Made by a program: the position numbers and the translations under genes
Assembly: GCA_951406725.2 (NCBI GenBank)
Contig: OX597842.1
Span: forward strand, 33,170,001-33,234,000
Length of the DNA: 64,000 nucleotides
Reading direction: 5' to 3'
Source: Octopus vulgaris
Taxonomy: Eukaryota
In this document: piece by piece, positions 45,921-60,410 of the stretch
Layout of the letters: each line of letters starts with the position of its first letter
Position numbering within the stretch: position 1 is the stretch's first letter
Notes under the pieces: generated by a model
What the model saw: the letters and a program-made list of their open reading frames with translations, nothing else
Database searches by the model: none
What the model was told of the DNA's origin: nothing

Positions 45921-46410
45921 CTGCGGCCTAGCTGGGGCACCCCCTTTGAAGAATTTACCGAAATCGATGCCAGTACTTATTGTTTGAAATCATGGATATT
46001 CTTGCATTCAGTTTGTCTCAGTTGAGTCAAAATCTTCCTTGGGTGTGTCTGAGGGGCAATTTAGATGTCATGGTTGGTTGTTATGAGTATGTGTCGAATG
46101 GAATTACTAGACGGAAACTGCATGAAGCCTGTCGTATGTACGTACATACAAAGATAAATATATATATAGATATATACAAGATAAGAAAATGGAGAAACAC
46201 ATCTAAATCAAATATCAATTACCAGATAATACTCAATCACATACTTTATTAAACCACCACATAAGAGACTGTAGGGTTAAACATAAAAAAGCAGAACAAA
46301 TCAGTGTACGTAAAGGAATGTACATAAAAAAGTGTACATAAAAGAGTAATGTTGTATAATAAGTAGAATATATATAAAAAAGAATATAAATACAAGTAAA
46401 TATAAATATA

Positions 46411-46705
46411 AAGTACTCCACAGACACATGTACTCTTAACGTCGTTATCGGGGAGATTCAGCGTGACACAGAGTGTGACAAGGTTGGCCCTTTCGAAATA
46501 CATGTACAACAGAAACAGGAAGAAAGAGTGAGAGAAAGTTGTGGTGAAAGACTACAATAGAGTTCACCACCAGCCTGTGCCGGTGCCTCGTGCAGCATTA
46601 GGTTTTTTCGCTCAATAAACATTCTCAACGTCAGATCTGGAAATCGAAACCACCTCCTGTGATCGCGAGTCCACTGCCCTAACCACTGGGCCGTTTCGCC
46701 TCCAC
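46411..46705 (-). mobile_element. tRNA-derived SINE family C
   Basis: Minus-strand GGCCCAGTGGTTAGGGCAG...GGTTTCGATTTCC head; CAGCGTGACACAGAGTGTGACAAG body. Confidence 0.8.
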
Positions 46706-46721
46706 TTATACATATATATAT

Positions 46722-46915
46722 TCTTTAATTGTTTCAGTCATTTTGATTGCGGTCATGCTGGAGCACTGCCTTTTAGTCGACCAAATCGACCACAGGACTT
46801 ATTCTTTGTAAGCTTAGTACTTATTCTATCGGTCTGTTTTGCCGAACCGCTAAGTTACAGGGACATAAACACACCACCATTGGTTGCCAAGCGATGTTGG
46901 GGTGACGCATACAAA
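46722..46915 (-). mobile_element. SINE family A 3' portion
   Basis: Body and tail homology. Confidence 0.85.
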
Positions 46916-46953
46916 CATATACACACATAAATACATACATATATATATATATA

Positions 46954-47184
46954 TTTCTTTACTACCCACAAGGGGCTAAACATAGAGGGGACAAACAAGG
47001 ACAGACAAAGGGATTAAATCGATCACATCGACCCCAGTGCGTAACTGGTACTTAATTTATCGACCCCGAAAGGATGAAAGGCAAAGTCGACCTCGGCGGA
47101 ATTTGAACTCAGAACACTTAACGGCAGACGAAATAGGGCAACGCATTTCGCCCGGCGTGCTAACGTTTCTGCCAGCTCGCCGCC

Positions 47185-47185
<1 letters not shown>
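46954..47185 (-). mobile_element. SINE family B, full length
   Basis: Close match to 42397-42624. Confidence 0.92.
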
Positions 47186-47275
<90 letters not shown>

Positions 47276-47858
47276 TGATTTATTCCCTTCTTAAAGTGTT
47301 CTGCCTTCCTGATCTTAGCATTTATAAGGGCCTTTACGTAAGTAGCCCTTCTAATTAAGTACCTAAGAAACTACAAATATCATGTATGGAGTAACACTAA
47401 TAACTTCTAAAACCTATTATATACCTCTTAGTTTTAAAATTAGCATATAATCAAAATGTTCTGTAACATCAATATTCCTTTAGCTAATACCAGGTACCAG
47501 TCTTTATTGATATTAACTAATTAAGTAAATAAATAATTTTCAGTTTAGGATAAAAAATTTGGTATATACTCAAAATATTCAAGAAAACTTTTTATCCTTC
47601 TGGTTATAATATTCTTCTTAATAATCTTCTGAATAACCCTAAATTTTAACGTTATACAATATGGCAATATTGTTTAAAATATTTAACTTTAGTACCCAAT
47701 GATATAATTTCCCCTGTTTCATTATCAATGGTTTACTTGTGACTTGCCCCTTTGATTGTCAGCTAACATCTTGATTTAATATTTCCATTACAAAATCTCA
47801 TGATATTGCTTCAAATAAATCTTGATAGTTTTTTATGACTATACCCACTGTGATTTCA

Positions 47859-47938
47859 TCTCTGATGAGCGTAGAGTTGTATAATTGGATTGTACCTAAC
47901 ACTCCATTATATTCTATACGCGAAACCGATTAGTAAGA
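47859..47938 (+). ncRNA. Type-I hammerhead ribozyme with short stem I
   Basis: TCT-CTGATGA-GCGTA...TACGC-GAAAC-CGATTA-GTA-AGA. Confidence 0.7.
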
Positions 47939-48004
47939 CTAGCCGTGATAGATGTTTAATACTATAAAATTCGGATAATATATGTATGTATGTGTGTGTG
48001 TGTA

Positions 48005-48250
48005 TGGCCCGTACAATATTTACCTGGATTTTAAGAACTTTCAGTGAGGGAGATATCCACATTACCCTTTTCTTCTCCATTTTTGCCCGACTCCAATTTG
48101 AATACTGTTGTCTACTGTGGTCTCCCCACACTGAACAAAGTATCATGAAAGTAGAAGCACACCAAGGGTCAAAACTACAAAAAAGACAGGTGACATATCA
48201 TGCCTGGACTATTAGGGTCGACTAGTAAAGCTCAAACATTATTCTCTCGG
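48005..48250 (+). pseudogene. Decayed CR1-type RT C-terminal fragment
   Basis: WILRTF...ARLQFEYCCLLWSPH...IMKVE matches the CR1 pattern RP.LEY...WSP. Confidence 0.7.
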
Positions 48251-48264
48251 CATGACGTGGAAAA

Positions 48265-48438
48265 ATCGACCCCAGGACGTAATCTTTGTAAAGCTTGTAT
48301 TTATTCCATCGGATTTTTTTTCCGTCAAAGTCTAACAAATCCACTCAGAAATCATTGGCCGGCCCAAGGTGCCCTGCAGTGGGACTGAACCTGGAACTAT
48401 GTGGTTGAGAAGCAAGCTTCTTACCACGCAGCCACGCC
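48265..48438 (-). mobile_element. SINE family A, deleted and diverged
   Basis: Head and body pieces. Confidence 0.7.
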
Positions 48439-49084
48439 TTAATGTGTGTGTATGTGTGTGTGTGTGTATTAATGCATATTATTTTATGCAATTATGTAAT
48501 TTCCATAAGCACACACACATATATATATATATATACACACACGCCTAAACACACACATATTCAAAATTATGTATGTATATATACACATCATTTGCATAAA
48601 CATTTCATTTGTATGTCTACATAAGTAAATATGTGCATGTATACATGTATGTATGTATGTATGTATGTATGTATGTATGTATGTATGTATGTATGTATGT
48701 ATGTATGTATGCATGTATGTATGTATGTATTTATGTATGTATGTATGCACGTATGTATGTATGTGAGTATATATACATGCACATATATATATGTATACAT
48801 ACGTAATTAAATCTCTGTTTGATCATTGTTTATATAAATGTAACAGTAAATATATTTTCACGAAATGACAGAATTGTTTACACACACACACACACACACA
48901 CATGCACATTTAGGTATATATCTACATACAGCTACAAACACATATGCACGGGTATACATACCTGAGAATCTATTTGAATATTTACATACAAGTTCACAAT
49001 TTAAGACGTATATATGAACACAACACATACTTACATTACATGTATGTACATAATATATATGTATAACAATACATATATGCAAAG

Positions 49085-49118
<34 letters not shown>

Positions 49119-49245
49119 GCATATATTGTAATAATTTTTTTGAAAAGTTATTTTCTATTAAATATGCACATTTTCTTTCAAAAGTATTTGTATTTAAAGA
49201 TACATATGTATAATTCTCTACACAATATATATATACATAATACAG

Positions 49246-49326
<81 letters not shown>

Positions 49327-49344
49327 CTTGTATGAACATATATT

Positions 49345-49387
<43 letters not shown>

Positions 49388-50032
49388 TCACACAAATGTG
49401 TGTTTGTATGTATATATAAATATTGTAGTTTTAAATTTAATATATATATGTGGGTTTATTCAGGGTATATATGACAAGTGTATATGTCGATAATAGTAAT
49501 AATATAATTGTAATTCATATATTCAAAATTTTTATTTTTATTGCAGAAAAAGACGAAGGAAAAAATCTATAGCATAAAAGATTAACGCAGCTACTTGGGT
49601 GATGTGGTGGCGTGTATGACAGGCAGCGATGGAGGAAGAGAGCCAGGGAAACAGAGATAGGGGTGAGGCTGAGGAAATATGTAAAGGGTGTGTAGGGTGA
49701 GTTGAGGGTGGTGTTATTTTGTATGTTTGTTAGTTTGTGTGTATGTTGTATTTTTGTAAAATGGCCGTTCGTAAACGATATCTTTGTGTGTGTGTATATA
49801 TATATAAATATAAATATCTATATACGGGTGTGTGCGTGGTGGACGGCCTTTGTGTGTGTGCGTGTGTGTGTATTTGTATATATGTTTACGTACATGTATG
49901 ACAACGGGGTAGAGTGTTGTTTGAGGAATACGGGTATATAAATTTATCTATATATGTAAGCTTAAATACAGACAACACGCATATATATGTTTGTGTGTGT
50001 GTCTGTGTGTATGTGCGTTTGTGTGTGTGTAT

Positions 50033-50065
<33 letters not shown>

Positions 50066-50410
50066 TACAATTTCTTACACATATATATATATACACATAC
50101 ACGCATATATGTATGAACACATATGTATATATACATTTGTATATATAAATATATATATGTGTGTGTGTATGAATGCATATATATACACGTATGTACGTAT
50201 ATATATGCATATACCTATGTGCCTTTTGTATATGCTAACGAATATATGCTTACGTATATGCATCTCTTTTATTGTATGTATATATATATATATATATATA
50301 CCCGTGTGAATTGGAAGCATATGTATACATTATTTATACACTTGTACTTGAAATAAGCATGCAATTTATGGATGTATATTCCCATAAGTATTCATTTGAA
50401 TAAATTCTAA

Positions 50411-50481
<71 letters not shown>

Positions 50482-50891
50482 TGCACCTATTCATATATAC
50501 ATATATGTATACATGTGTGCACACACATATATATATACACGTACATATGGAGATGTATGTATCTATGTGCGTGGGAATATATGTGTATATATATATGTAT
50601 ACATGCGAATATGTACGTCTGTATACATGTGTATAGCTAACATGTTGTGTATCGAATTTAAATGATCAATAATTATTTTACATAATTATTTATACAATTT
50701 CTGAGAGATATGTACTTATGTTTTAAATTATATATACATGTTCTTTGTAATATCTTTCCATTATATACACAATATGCTGAATTATATACGCAAACACCTA
50801 TACGCAATAATACATACACACACATATATACACAGCTATTTAGACGTACGTATATATATATAATTTGATACATTGAATAATTACCTATGCA

Positions 50892-50960
<69 letters not shown>

Positions 50961-51101
50961 GCATATGCATGTATGTATATATATATATATATATGATTAT
51001 ACATACGCTAATATGCAAAGCGGTTGTCCCGCGTTATGTAAATGAGTTGTGTTATCTGTGAAACCCAGATATGTCAACTGTATTCAATTCCCAATATGTG
51101 C

Positions 51102-51175
<74 letters not shown>

Positions 51176-51235
51176 GTATATATATATATATACACGTATG
51201 TATATGTATGTATATATAAATATATATATATATAC

Positions 51236-51306
<71 letters not shown>

Positions 51307-51658
51307 CATGTGTGTACGTGTTTGTGTGTATGTGTTTTCTGTTTATAAAAATATATTTCAACAAATTATATCTACGTATACATATGCGAAACTGTACGTA
51401 TGTTAGTGATATATATATATACATACAAATAAATTTATATGTATATATATACATATATATATGCATATACATATACATAAATATATATGTATATATATAT
51501 ACATATGGAATCGCAGGAATTATATAGGGAGATTTAAGCATATATTTAAATTAATATACGAATATTTATATCTTTTACAAGTATATGTGATAGGAAATGC
51601 ATGTGTCTGCGCGTGTGTGGTGTGTATTAGTAAACGTATATAATATTTTACACACATG

Positions 51659-51699
<41 letters not shown>

Positions 51700-52280
51700 A
51701 AGTATATATATATATATGTACATATATATATAAGTATATATATATATGAATGTATATATATATATGTATATATATATATTTATATATATACATATATATA
51801 TATACATTCATATATATATATATACACGCATATACATTTTGTTTGTTTAGTAATTTTCGTGAATAAATGATCCGTGTTCTGATTGATATCCTTCTTCAAT
51901 GTGGGAGGCGGATATTTATTGTAAAGACTTTCACACACACACATACATACACACACACACGCACAGACACACACACACACATATGCACACACACACACAC
52001 ACAACGCACGTAGACGTTTTGTTGTCGTTGTTTATTTTTTATTGTTTGTTGAGTTCAAATCTTTTGTTACATTTAATGCTGTATGGTGGGGTGTACCAAG
52101 TCATTATGGGCTCCGGTTTTTATCAGGGACGGTCATATTAATAGCTTCTCCTAATGGGTATCGGTGCTTGATTTATAGACTTCGCCCCATTCTTTCTCTC
52201 TATCTTCCTCTTCGTCTCTCTCTCTCTCTCCCCATATATATTTATATGTTGAGAGAGACACGTACCTATATATATATATG

Positions 52281-52844
52281 GGCGTAGGAGTGGCTGTGTG
52301 GTAAGTAGCTTGCTTACCACCCACATGGTTCCGGGTTCAGTCCCACTACGTGGCTTCTTGGGCAAGTGTCTTCTACTATAGCCTCGGGCCGACCAACGCC
52401 TTGTGAGTGGATTTGATAGACGGAAACTGAAAGAAGCCTGTCGGATATATGTATATATGTATATATATATGGGCGTAGGAGTGGCTGTGTGGTAGGTAGC
52501 TTGCTTACCAACCACATGGTTCCGGGTTCAGTCCCACTGCATGGCATCTTGGGCAAGTGTCTTCTGCTATAGCCTCGGGCCGACCAATGCCTTGTGAGTG
52601 GATTTGGTAGACGGAAACTGAAAGAAGCCTGTCGGATATATGTATACACATATGTATGTGTGTGTATGTTTGTGTGTCTGTGTTTGTCCCCCTAGCATAG
52701 CTGTTCGGCAAAAAGAGACATTTAGAATAAATACTGGGCTTACAAAGAATAAGTCCCGGGGTCGAGTTGCTCGACTAAAGGTGGTGCTCCAGCATGGCCG
52801 CAGTCAAATGACTGAAACAAGTAAAAGAGAAAGAGAAAAAGATA

Positions 52845-52883
<39 letters not shown>

Positions 52884-53003
52884 ATATACATAGGCGCGGT
52901 GGTGGCTGTGTGGTAAGAAGCTCGCTTCCGCACTACATTGTTCCGGGCTCAGTCCCATTGCGAAGAGGATTTAGTAGACGGAAACTGAAAAAGAGCCCGT
53001 CGT
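52281..53003 (+). mobile_element. SINE family A cluster: head 52281-52445, full copy 52471-52830, diverged head 52893-53003
   Basis: Three A/B-box heads. Confidence 0.9.
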
Positions 53004-53284
53004 ACCTTTTAGCTAAACTGCCCAAACGTCTTATAAAGCTAGATTTCTGGTTCTGCCTAAGAAATGCTCTGCCTTCATCAGTGGGATATACACAGATAGT
53101 TCATAAATACAATATTTTGCTAGTTTATTTTGTCTCTCTGTCTTCTCTCCTGGTGCTGTATGAACATTTAATGTGGTTTTACAGTCAGGTTTCGGCTGCT
53201 ATTTCCAGCGTGGTGGTATCTCTTAGATACCCTAAATTATAATTTTAATATATATTTATATATATATACATATATATGCATATA

Positions 53285-53350
<66 letters not shown>

Positions 53351-53440
53351 TATGCATATATATGCACACATATATATGCCTATATATATATATATAAATA
53401 CCTTGGGTATGAGTAAGTATTTCATTTATATCTCACGTAT

Positions 53441-53501
53441 TTATCGCTGAAGAGGGGAAAATTCTTAGAAATTAACCCCGAAATTGGGACCAATACGGTA
53501 A
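53441..53501 (+). ncRNA. Type-I hammerhead ribozyme
   Basis: TTATCG-CTGAAGA-GGGG-loop-CCCC-GAAATTGG-GA-CCAATA-CGGTAA; intact core, AUA triplet. Confidence 0.85.
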
Positions 53502-53628
53502 TAACGGATTTTTTAGAAATTTCTACCGGTTTGTTTCGAGACGCATAAATTATAATGGTTATTGACAATTTTTGTCTTTTTTTAGGCATATTTGGCATTT
53601 TGTATTAGGCATATTTGGCATTTTGTAA

Positions 53629-53723
<95 letters not shown>

Positions 53724-53990
53724 AGGGAGATGCATGTATGTACCTATTATGTCGTACACTTGCAATTGTATTATACATACACACTTATTCGCACATCTAT
53801 AAACGCATATATACATATGTAGTGCTCACAGGGATGTGAGTTCAAGTTTCATGGCTGATCAGTAACGATTTTTCTCTGTAATATATGGATAGTTTATCCT
53901 GTTCATTCTATTGTATTAGCATTATCATGCGTTTGAGAATAAATTATTTCTGTATATTATATATATATTTACGTATATATATATAAAATA

Positions 53991-54593
53991 CTAGCAATAT
54001 AGCCCAGCGTTGCTCGGGCTTGTTTTCTTTTCGATCTTTTGGAATTGGAATTTTTGAAAAGTAAACCTTTTGCATTATGTAGCTTGTTATTCTCTTTAAG
54101 TGAACATTTTTCTGGTTGAAATACACCGGAAAACGGTGACACAGCAGTCAAAAAATCGTTAAAAATAGGATCTTTCATAGAAAAAAAACACCTTTTTGAT
54201 GTAAATAATTTTTGGTGTTAACCTGGTCCGATTTGAATGTTTTCGTCTACGAAAGGAAGAGCAAGCCTTCTTCTATCATACTCTCAATTTTGGTCAACTT
54301 GCGCTGCAGGGTCTCGGAGGAGATAGTGTTAGTTGAAGGCTACCAAACCTGGCATACACAGACAACTTCAGCTTTATATATAACGATAACAAAAAGCACC
54401 TTTTTGATGTAAATAATTTTTGGTGTTAACATGGTCCGATTTGAATTTTTTCTTCTACGAAAGGAAGTGCAAGCCTTCTTCTATCATACTCTCAATTTTG
54501 GTCAACTTCCGCCACAGGGTCTCCGAGGAGATAGTGTTAGTTGAAGGCTACCAAACCTGCCACAGACAGACAACTTCAGCTTTATATGTATAG
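53991..54593 (-). mobile_element. Non-autonomous Helitron with tandemly duplicated ~205-bp 5' segment
   Basis: Minus-strand 3' end AGCCCGAGCAACGCTGGGCT...CTAG|T; 54182-54382 repeated at 54391-54590. Confidence 0.8.
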
Positions 54594-54650
54594 GGGAAGC
54601 ACTTTTTACTGTGCAGGGAAGAGAGTACGGAATTACCCATCAAAAGAATT

Positions 54651-54816
54651 AGGAGTGGCTGTGTGGTAAGTAGCTTGCTAACCAACCACATGGTTCCGGA
54701 TTCAGTCCCACTGCGTGGCATCTTGGGCAAGTGTCTTCTGCTATAGCCCCGGGCCGACCAATGCCTTGTGAGTGGATTTGGTAGACGGAAACTGAAAGAA
54801 GCCTGTCGTATATATG

Positions 54817-54847
<31 letters not shown>

Positions 54848-55040
54848 TTGTCCCCCTAGCATTGCTTGACAACCGATGCTGGTGTGTTTACGTCCCCGTC
54901 ACTTAGAGGTTCGGCAAAAGAGACCGATAGAATAAGTACTGGGCTTACAAAGAATAAGTCCCGGGGTCGATTTGCTCGACTAAAGGCGGTGCTCCAGCAT
55001 GGCCACAGTCAAATGACTGAAACAGGTAAAAGAGTAAAAC
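54651..55040 (+). mobile_element. SINE family A, full length
   Basis: Head, body and tail. Confidence 0.93.
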
Positions 55041-55130
55041 CTAGTCACAGTCGTTCGATACTGATCCTTGCAGTTAGCCGTTAACTAGAACATAACTAAG
55101 ATCCAATACGGCGTCCGCCCAGATAATATA

Positions 55131-55535
55131 TATTTCTTTACTGCCCACAAGGGGCTAAACACAGAGGGGACAAACAAGGACAGACAAACAGATTAAGTAG
55201 ATTACATCGACCTCTGTGCGTAACTGGTACTTAATTTATCGACCCTGAAAGGATGAAAGGTAAAGCTGACATTGGTGGAATTTGAACTCAGAACATAGCA
55301 GCAGACGAAATACCTATTTCTTTACAACCCACAAGGGGCTAAACACAGAGGAGACAAACAAGGACAGGCAAAGAGATTAAGTCGATTACATCGACCCAGT
55401 GCGTAACTGGTACTTATTTAATCGACCCCGAAAGGATGAAAGGTAAAGTCGACCTCGGCGGAATTTGAACTCAGAACGTAACGGGAAACGAAATACGGCA
55501 ACGCATTTTACCCGGTGTGCTAATGTTTCCGCCCA
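55131..55535 (-). mobile_element. SINE family B, tandem pair
   Basis: Body repeated at 55131-55313 and 55316-55535. Confidence 0.88.
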
Positions 55536-55604
55536 GATTATATATCCCTCCAAACTCACTTCCACACACACACACACACACATTATTCTGCAAAGTGTGT
55601 AAAC

Positions 55605-55704
55605 ATCACGTGACCATCTACATATGCGCACCTACATGAATACGAGTACAGTTGCCGGTGTCACGTGACGGCAGGAAAGAACAGACGGTGATGCATCACG
55701 TGTT
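55605..55704. promoter_or_regulatory. Cluster of three CACGTG E-boxes including GTCACGTGAC
   Basis: CACGTG at 55607, 55662 and 55697, all preceded by T. Confidence 0.35.
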
Positions 55705-55960
55705 GAACAATCAGCGTTACATAAAGTACAATGCCACATTGTTCCTATTCCGTTGTTAACCAATTTTTACGACGCACCCATAGTGGCAATCCACCCTTTC
55801 ATCTTGTTTATATATGTGTATTATACAACAATCTGGGTTCTTTTTAAGTTTGGATGAAAAAAAAAATTATAATGAGAAACTAATAATGTCAACAAATATG
55901 GCGGTTTGCGTGCTTTTTATTGACAAATGGTGCGGATTTGTACAAAATCTATACATATAA

Positions 55961-55991
<31 letters not shown>

Positions 55992-56035
55992 AGTATATGT
56001 ATAAATATATATATATATATATATATAAGTATATG

Positions 56036-56087
<52 letters not shown>

Positions 56088-56270
56088 CACATGTGCATAT
56101 ATACATATATAAATACGTATATATATATTTATAGATACACATACATATGTTTATGTGGATATAAATTTCTATATGCATATATAGATGTGTATATATATAC
56201 ATATGTGTATATATCTTATATAGATATACATTTATATGTGTATGTATGCATATATACATGTGTGTATGTG

Positions 56271-56334
<64 letters not shown>

Positions 56335-56335
56335 G

Positions 56336-56370
<35 letters not shown>

Positions 56371-56736
56371 ATATATATGTATATATATGTATATATAGGC
56401 ATATATATATACACATATATGTGTGTATGTATGTGTATATATGTATATATACATATTTATATATTGCTATAGACACTTGCGTGTTTGTACTTGTGTGTTT
56501 ATCTTTGAATATTTACGTGTGTGTTTGTGTCTGTGTGTATCATGTGTTGCTTTATGCAATTTATGTAACATAAAACGGTTGTTGTAAAAAGCGAAATGGT
56601 TTTTTTTCCCCCTTTGGTGCATCTTTTCGGTGATTTGGTAGTCTATGCAATGGATGTTAGGAAATGAAAGGATATTCTTCGGCATTTTGGACGACGAAAT
56701 AAGGGAATCCCTGAATAACAGTCAATAATATTTTAA

Positions 56737-56912
56737 GGCTTGCGAGCTGGCAGAATGGTTAGCACACCAGGCGAAATGCTTAGCGGGATTTCTTCCGTCT
56801 TTACGTTCTGAGTTCATACCTCGCTGAGATCGACTTTGCCTTCTGTGAAACACGCAATAGTTGGGCTTTGGGATCGATGCAATCGACTTACCCACCCTGC
56901 CCTGAAATTGAA
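56737..56912 (+). mobile_element. SINE family B, diverged
   Basis: GCGAGCTGGCAGAATGGTTAGC...GAGTTCATACC. Confidence 0.8.
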
Positions 56913-57036
56913 GTCCTATATATACTCTCTTTTACTCTTTTACAACATGTTTCAGTCAAGCAATTTTGGGGAAACAAACACACATACAAAGACACACACA
57001 CACAAACATATGTCTGTGTGTATGTAAATATGTATA

Positions 57037-57079
<43 letters not shown>

Positions 57080-57175
57080 CGGGAAGGTTTACGAAAATAA
57101 ACAAAAGACGAAGGCAGGTGGAGTACAAACAAACAAATGTATTAGTATAGCGCACAGGAATATAAATAGAACCAG

Positions 57176-57213
57176 TCTTTTATGTTTCGAGCCTACGCTC
57201 TTCGACAGAAAGA
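57176..57213 (-). ncRNA. Minimal hammerhead, A6U core variant
   Basis: Minus strand: TCTTT-CTGTCGA-A-GAGC-GTAG-GCTC-GAAAC-ATA-AAAGA, within element 57078-57246. Confidence 0.55.
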
Positions 57214-57243
57214 TACACAGAAAAGAAACAAGGAGAGAAACAA

Positions 57244-57284
<41 letters not shown>

Positions 57285-57426
57285 CACATATATGTATATA
57301 TATATAAATAAGGTAGATAAATTTACATATACACGTTTTATATATATATGTAAATATACTAATATAAATATATATATACGTTTTATATATATGAATACAT
57401 TTATATATATATACACATATATATAT

Positions 57427-57462
<36 letters not shown>

Positions 57463-57558
57463 ATGTAAATATACAAATATATTAATACATATATATATAT
57501 ATATGCGTGTAAGTGTGTATGTAAATATATATATTCATATATAAATATATATGTGTGT

Positions 57559-57603
<45 letters not shown>

Positions 57604-58088
57604 GCGTGTGTATATCCATTATGGATGTATGCATATATAGCTATGTACATATACGAATGCATATATACGCACTATACACTCCTAATGCATATACATTCTC
57701 ACACAGACACACATGTGTTTGTATGATGCACTAGAAAGAGTGTAACCATGCGGGGGTGGGGTGTGATGGGGGGCGGTCGAGAGGAAATACTTTTGAACAA
57801 CAAAGAAGAGTTTTAGAGAGAAAGAGACAGAATTTTTTTTTAAGCAAACAAGGAATAAATAAATAAATAAATAAATAAATAAAATTTTTTTAGATAAAAT
57901 AGAATTGATGTAAAAAACCGTGACGTACAGTAAAAATATTTTGCAGTTCAAACAGAATTTTATTGGTCTATTTTGCATATTCTTTGAAAGTTCGGGCCTC
58001 GTGAGCGGTTCCTCACTTTGCACCGCTGACGCCGAATCTGCTGCTGTCGTAATGCTGACGGCAGCATTAATCCCTCAGCAACAGCGAG

Positions 58089-58528
58089 AGCCGTCCAAGA
58101 ATTTGGACCTGGAGATCTCCATTTCCAGCGATATCGAGGGCCACCTCCCAGTGGTGTCGGGAGTCAATGAAGAGCCCTCGACAACAACAAGGCGACCAAA
58201 GATTTTTGTTTTTTTCCCAAGGTCTGCGGTCTCCCGCCCCTAAGCCCTAGACCATCACCTAATCACCCTTACCCATCTTGTTGCTTAATCACAAAAACAA
58301 CAGTAACAACAACCACAGCAGCAAAAACAGCCGTCCAAGAATTTGGACCTGGAGATCTCCATTTCCAGCGACTTCGAGGACCACCTCCCAGTGGTGTCGG
58401 GCGTCAACCAAGAGCCTTCGACTACAACAAGACGACCAAAGTTTTGGAGTTTTTTTCCAAGGTCTGGGGTCTCGCGCCCCTCAGCCCTAGACCCTCACCT
58501 AATCACCCTTACCCGTCTTGTTGCTTAA
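58089..58528 (+). repeat. Tandem duplication, period 240 bp
   Basis: AGCCGTCCAAGAATTTGGACCTGG...CTTGTTGCTTAA at 58089 and 58329. Confidence 0.95.
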
Positions 58529-58552
58529 CAACAACAACAACAATAACAGCGA

Positions 58553-59305
58553 CGGGCACTCCGTCGGTTGCGCCTATGTGCTGTAGCCGAGCCGATCCGA
58601 TCAACGGAACCTCCTGTTTGTGAAATGAACGGGACACACGTACCCTTAACGTAGATCTTATCGAGGTTCAGTGTGTCACAGAATGTGACAAAGTTGGCCC
58701 CTTATGAATTACGCGTACAACTCACTTTTTCCCAGTTGAGTGGAGTGGAACAATACGAAAAAAACAGGTGCTCCGTCGGTTAAGACGACGACTGTTCCAG
58801 TTGATCCGATCAATGGAACAGCTTGCTTGTGAGATTAACGTGCAAGTGGCTGGGTATTCCAGAGGCACATAACATTGTGAGTCATCTACCCGTAACCACT
58901 GTGCCGCACAGCATCTCTACTGGGGTACATTTCACCTGGATGTAAGTACCTCTACGAGGTACAGTCCGCTTGGCTGTAAGTCGATTCTCAACGCGCCGCG
59001 CCGGAAATCGAACCCACAACCTTACGATCATGAGTCGTAAACCTTAATGTAGATCTTATGGAGGTTCAGCGTGACACAGAATGTGACAAGGTTGGCCCCT
59101 TATGAGTTACGCGTACAACACACTTTTCCCAGTTGAGTGGACTGGAACAATACGTAAAAATAGGTCCTCCGTCGGTTAAGACGACGACTATTCCAGTTGA
59201 TCCGATGAACGGCCTGTTTGGGAAATGAACGCGACACGCGGTCCTTAACGTAGTTCTGATGGAGGTTCAGTGTGACACAGAATGTGACAAGTTAGCCCCT
59301 TATGA
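58553..59305 (-). mobile_element. Tandemly reiterated SINE family C-related fragments
   Basis: CTCCGTCGGTT and GTGACACAGAATGTGACAA modules each occur about three times. Confidence 0.75.
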
Positions 59306-59315
59306 AATCTGATAA

Positions 59316-59400
59316 CGGAATATGTTGAATAAAATCATAATTAACTGATTCTTTTCTATATTCTTTTACCCAAAATCAGGAACTTTCAAACAATCTCGCA
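59316..59400 (+). mobile_element. Right end of mariner-derived MITE, truncated
   Basis: Homologous to 60543-60626. Confidence 0.7.
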
Positions 59401-59694
59401 TTTATACATACATGTTGGCTGCCTCCCCCCCGGATCGAGTATGGCCATTGTACGAAGCTTAATCAATGTTGTTATCGTATAATGCCTGTGCAAGAAGATA
59501 TTTTTTTTAGTTGGGGAAAGGCTGTGCACTGAGTCAATCCCACTCACTAAGCAACAGCAGTCATAATCCGAAAAGAAGAACAAGTCAACATCATCGGTAA
59601 CCACTGAGCCGCAGGTTTTATGTCGGAGTTATCCCAGTTACCTTAGTTACCTTCTCCTAGAAGGATGCCCTAACAAAGGCTAGGAGTCCTTCAC

Positions 59695-60018
59695 TACATA
59701 CATACATACATACATACATACATACATACATACATACATACATACATACATACATACATACATACATACATACATACATACATACATACATACATACATA
59801 CATACATACACACACACATAAATACATACACACATACATACACACATACATACTTACATAAATACATACATAGATACACGCATAAATACATACATACATA
59901 CATACCTACATACACACATAAATACATACATACATACATAAATTCATACATACATACGTACATGCATACATACATACATACATACATATATACATACATA
60001 AATACATACATACATACA

Positions 60019-60052
<34 letters not shown>

Positions 60053-60134
60053 CATACATACATAAATACATACATACATACATACATACATACATAAATA
60101 CATACATACATACATAAATTCATACATACATACA

Positions 60135-60168
<34 letters not shown>

Positions 60169-60182
60169 CATACATATATACA

Positions 60183-60216
<34 letters not shown>

Positions 60217-60306
60217 CATACATAAATACATACATACATACATACATACATACATAAATACATACATACATACATAAATTCATACATACATAAATACATA
60301 CATACA

Positions 60307-60372
<66 letters not shown>

Positions 60373-60410
60373 CATACATACATACATACATACGTACATA
60401 CACACATACA
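59695..60410. repeat. (CATA)n microsatellite with higher-order variants
   Basis: Direct reading. Confidence 0.98.

Noticed and set aside
53020-53085. Minus-strand CCCA-CTGATGA...GTT-TGGG
   Set aside because: GAAA and stem II cannot be placed consistently; at best a heavily decayed motif
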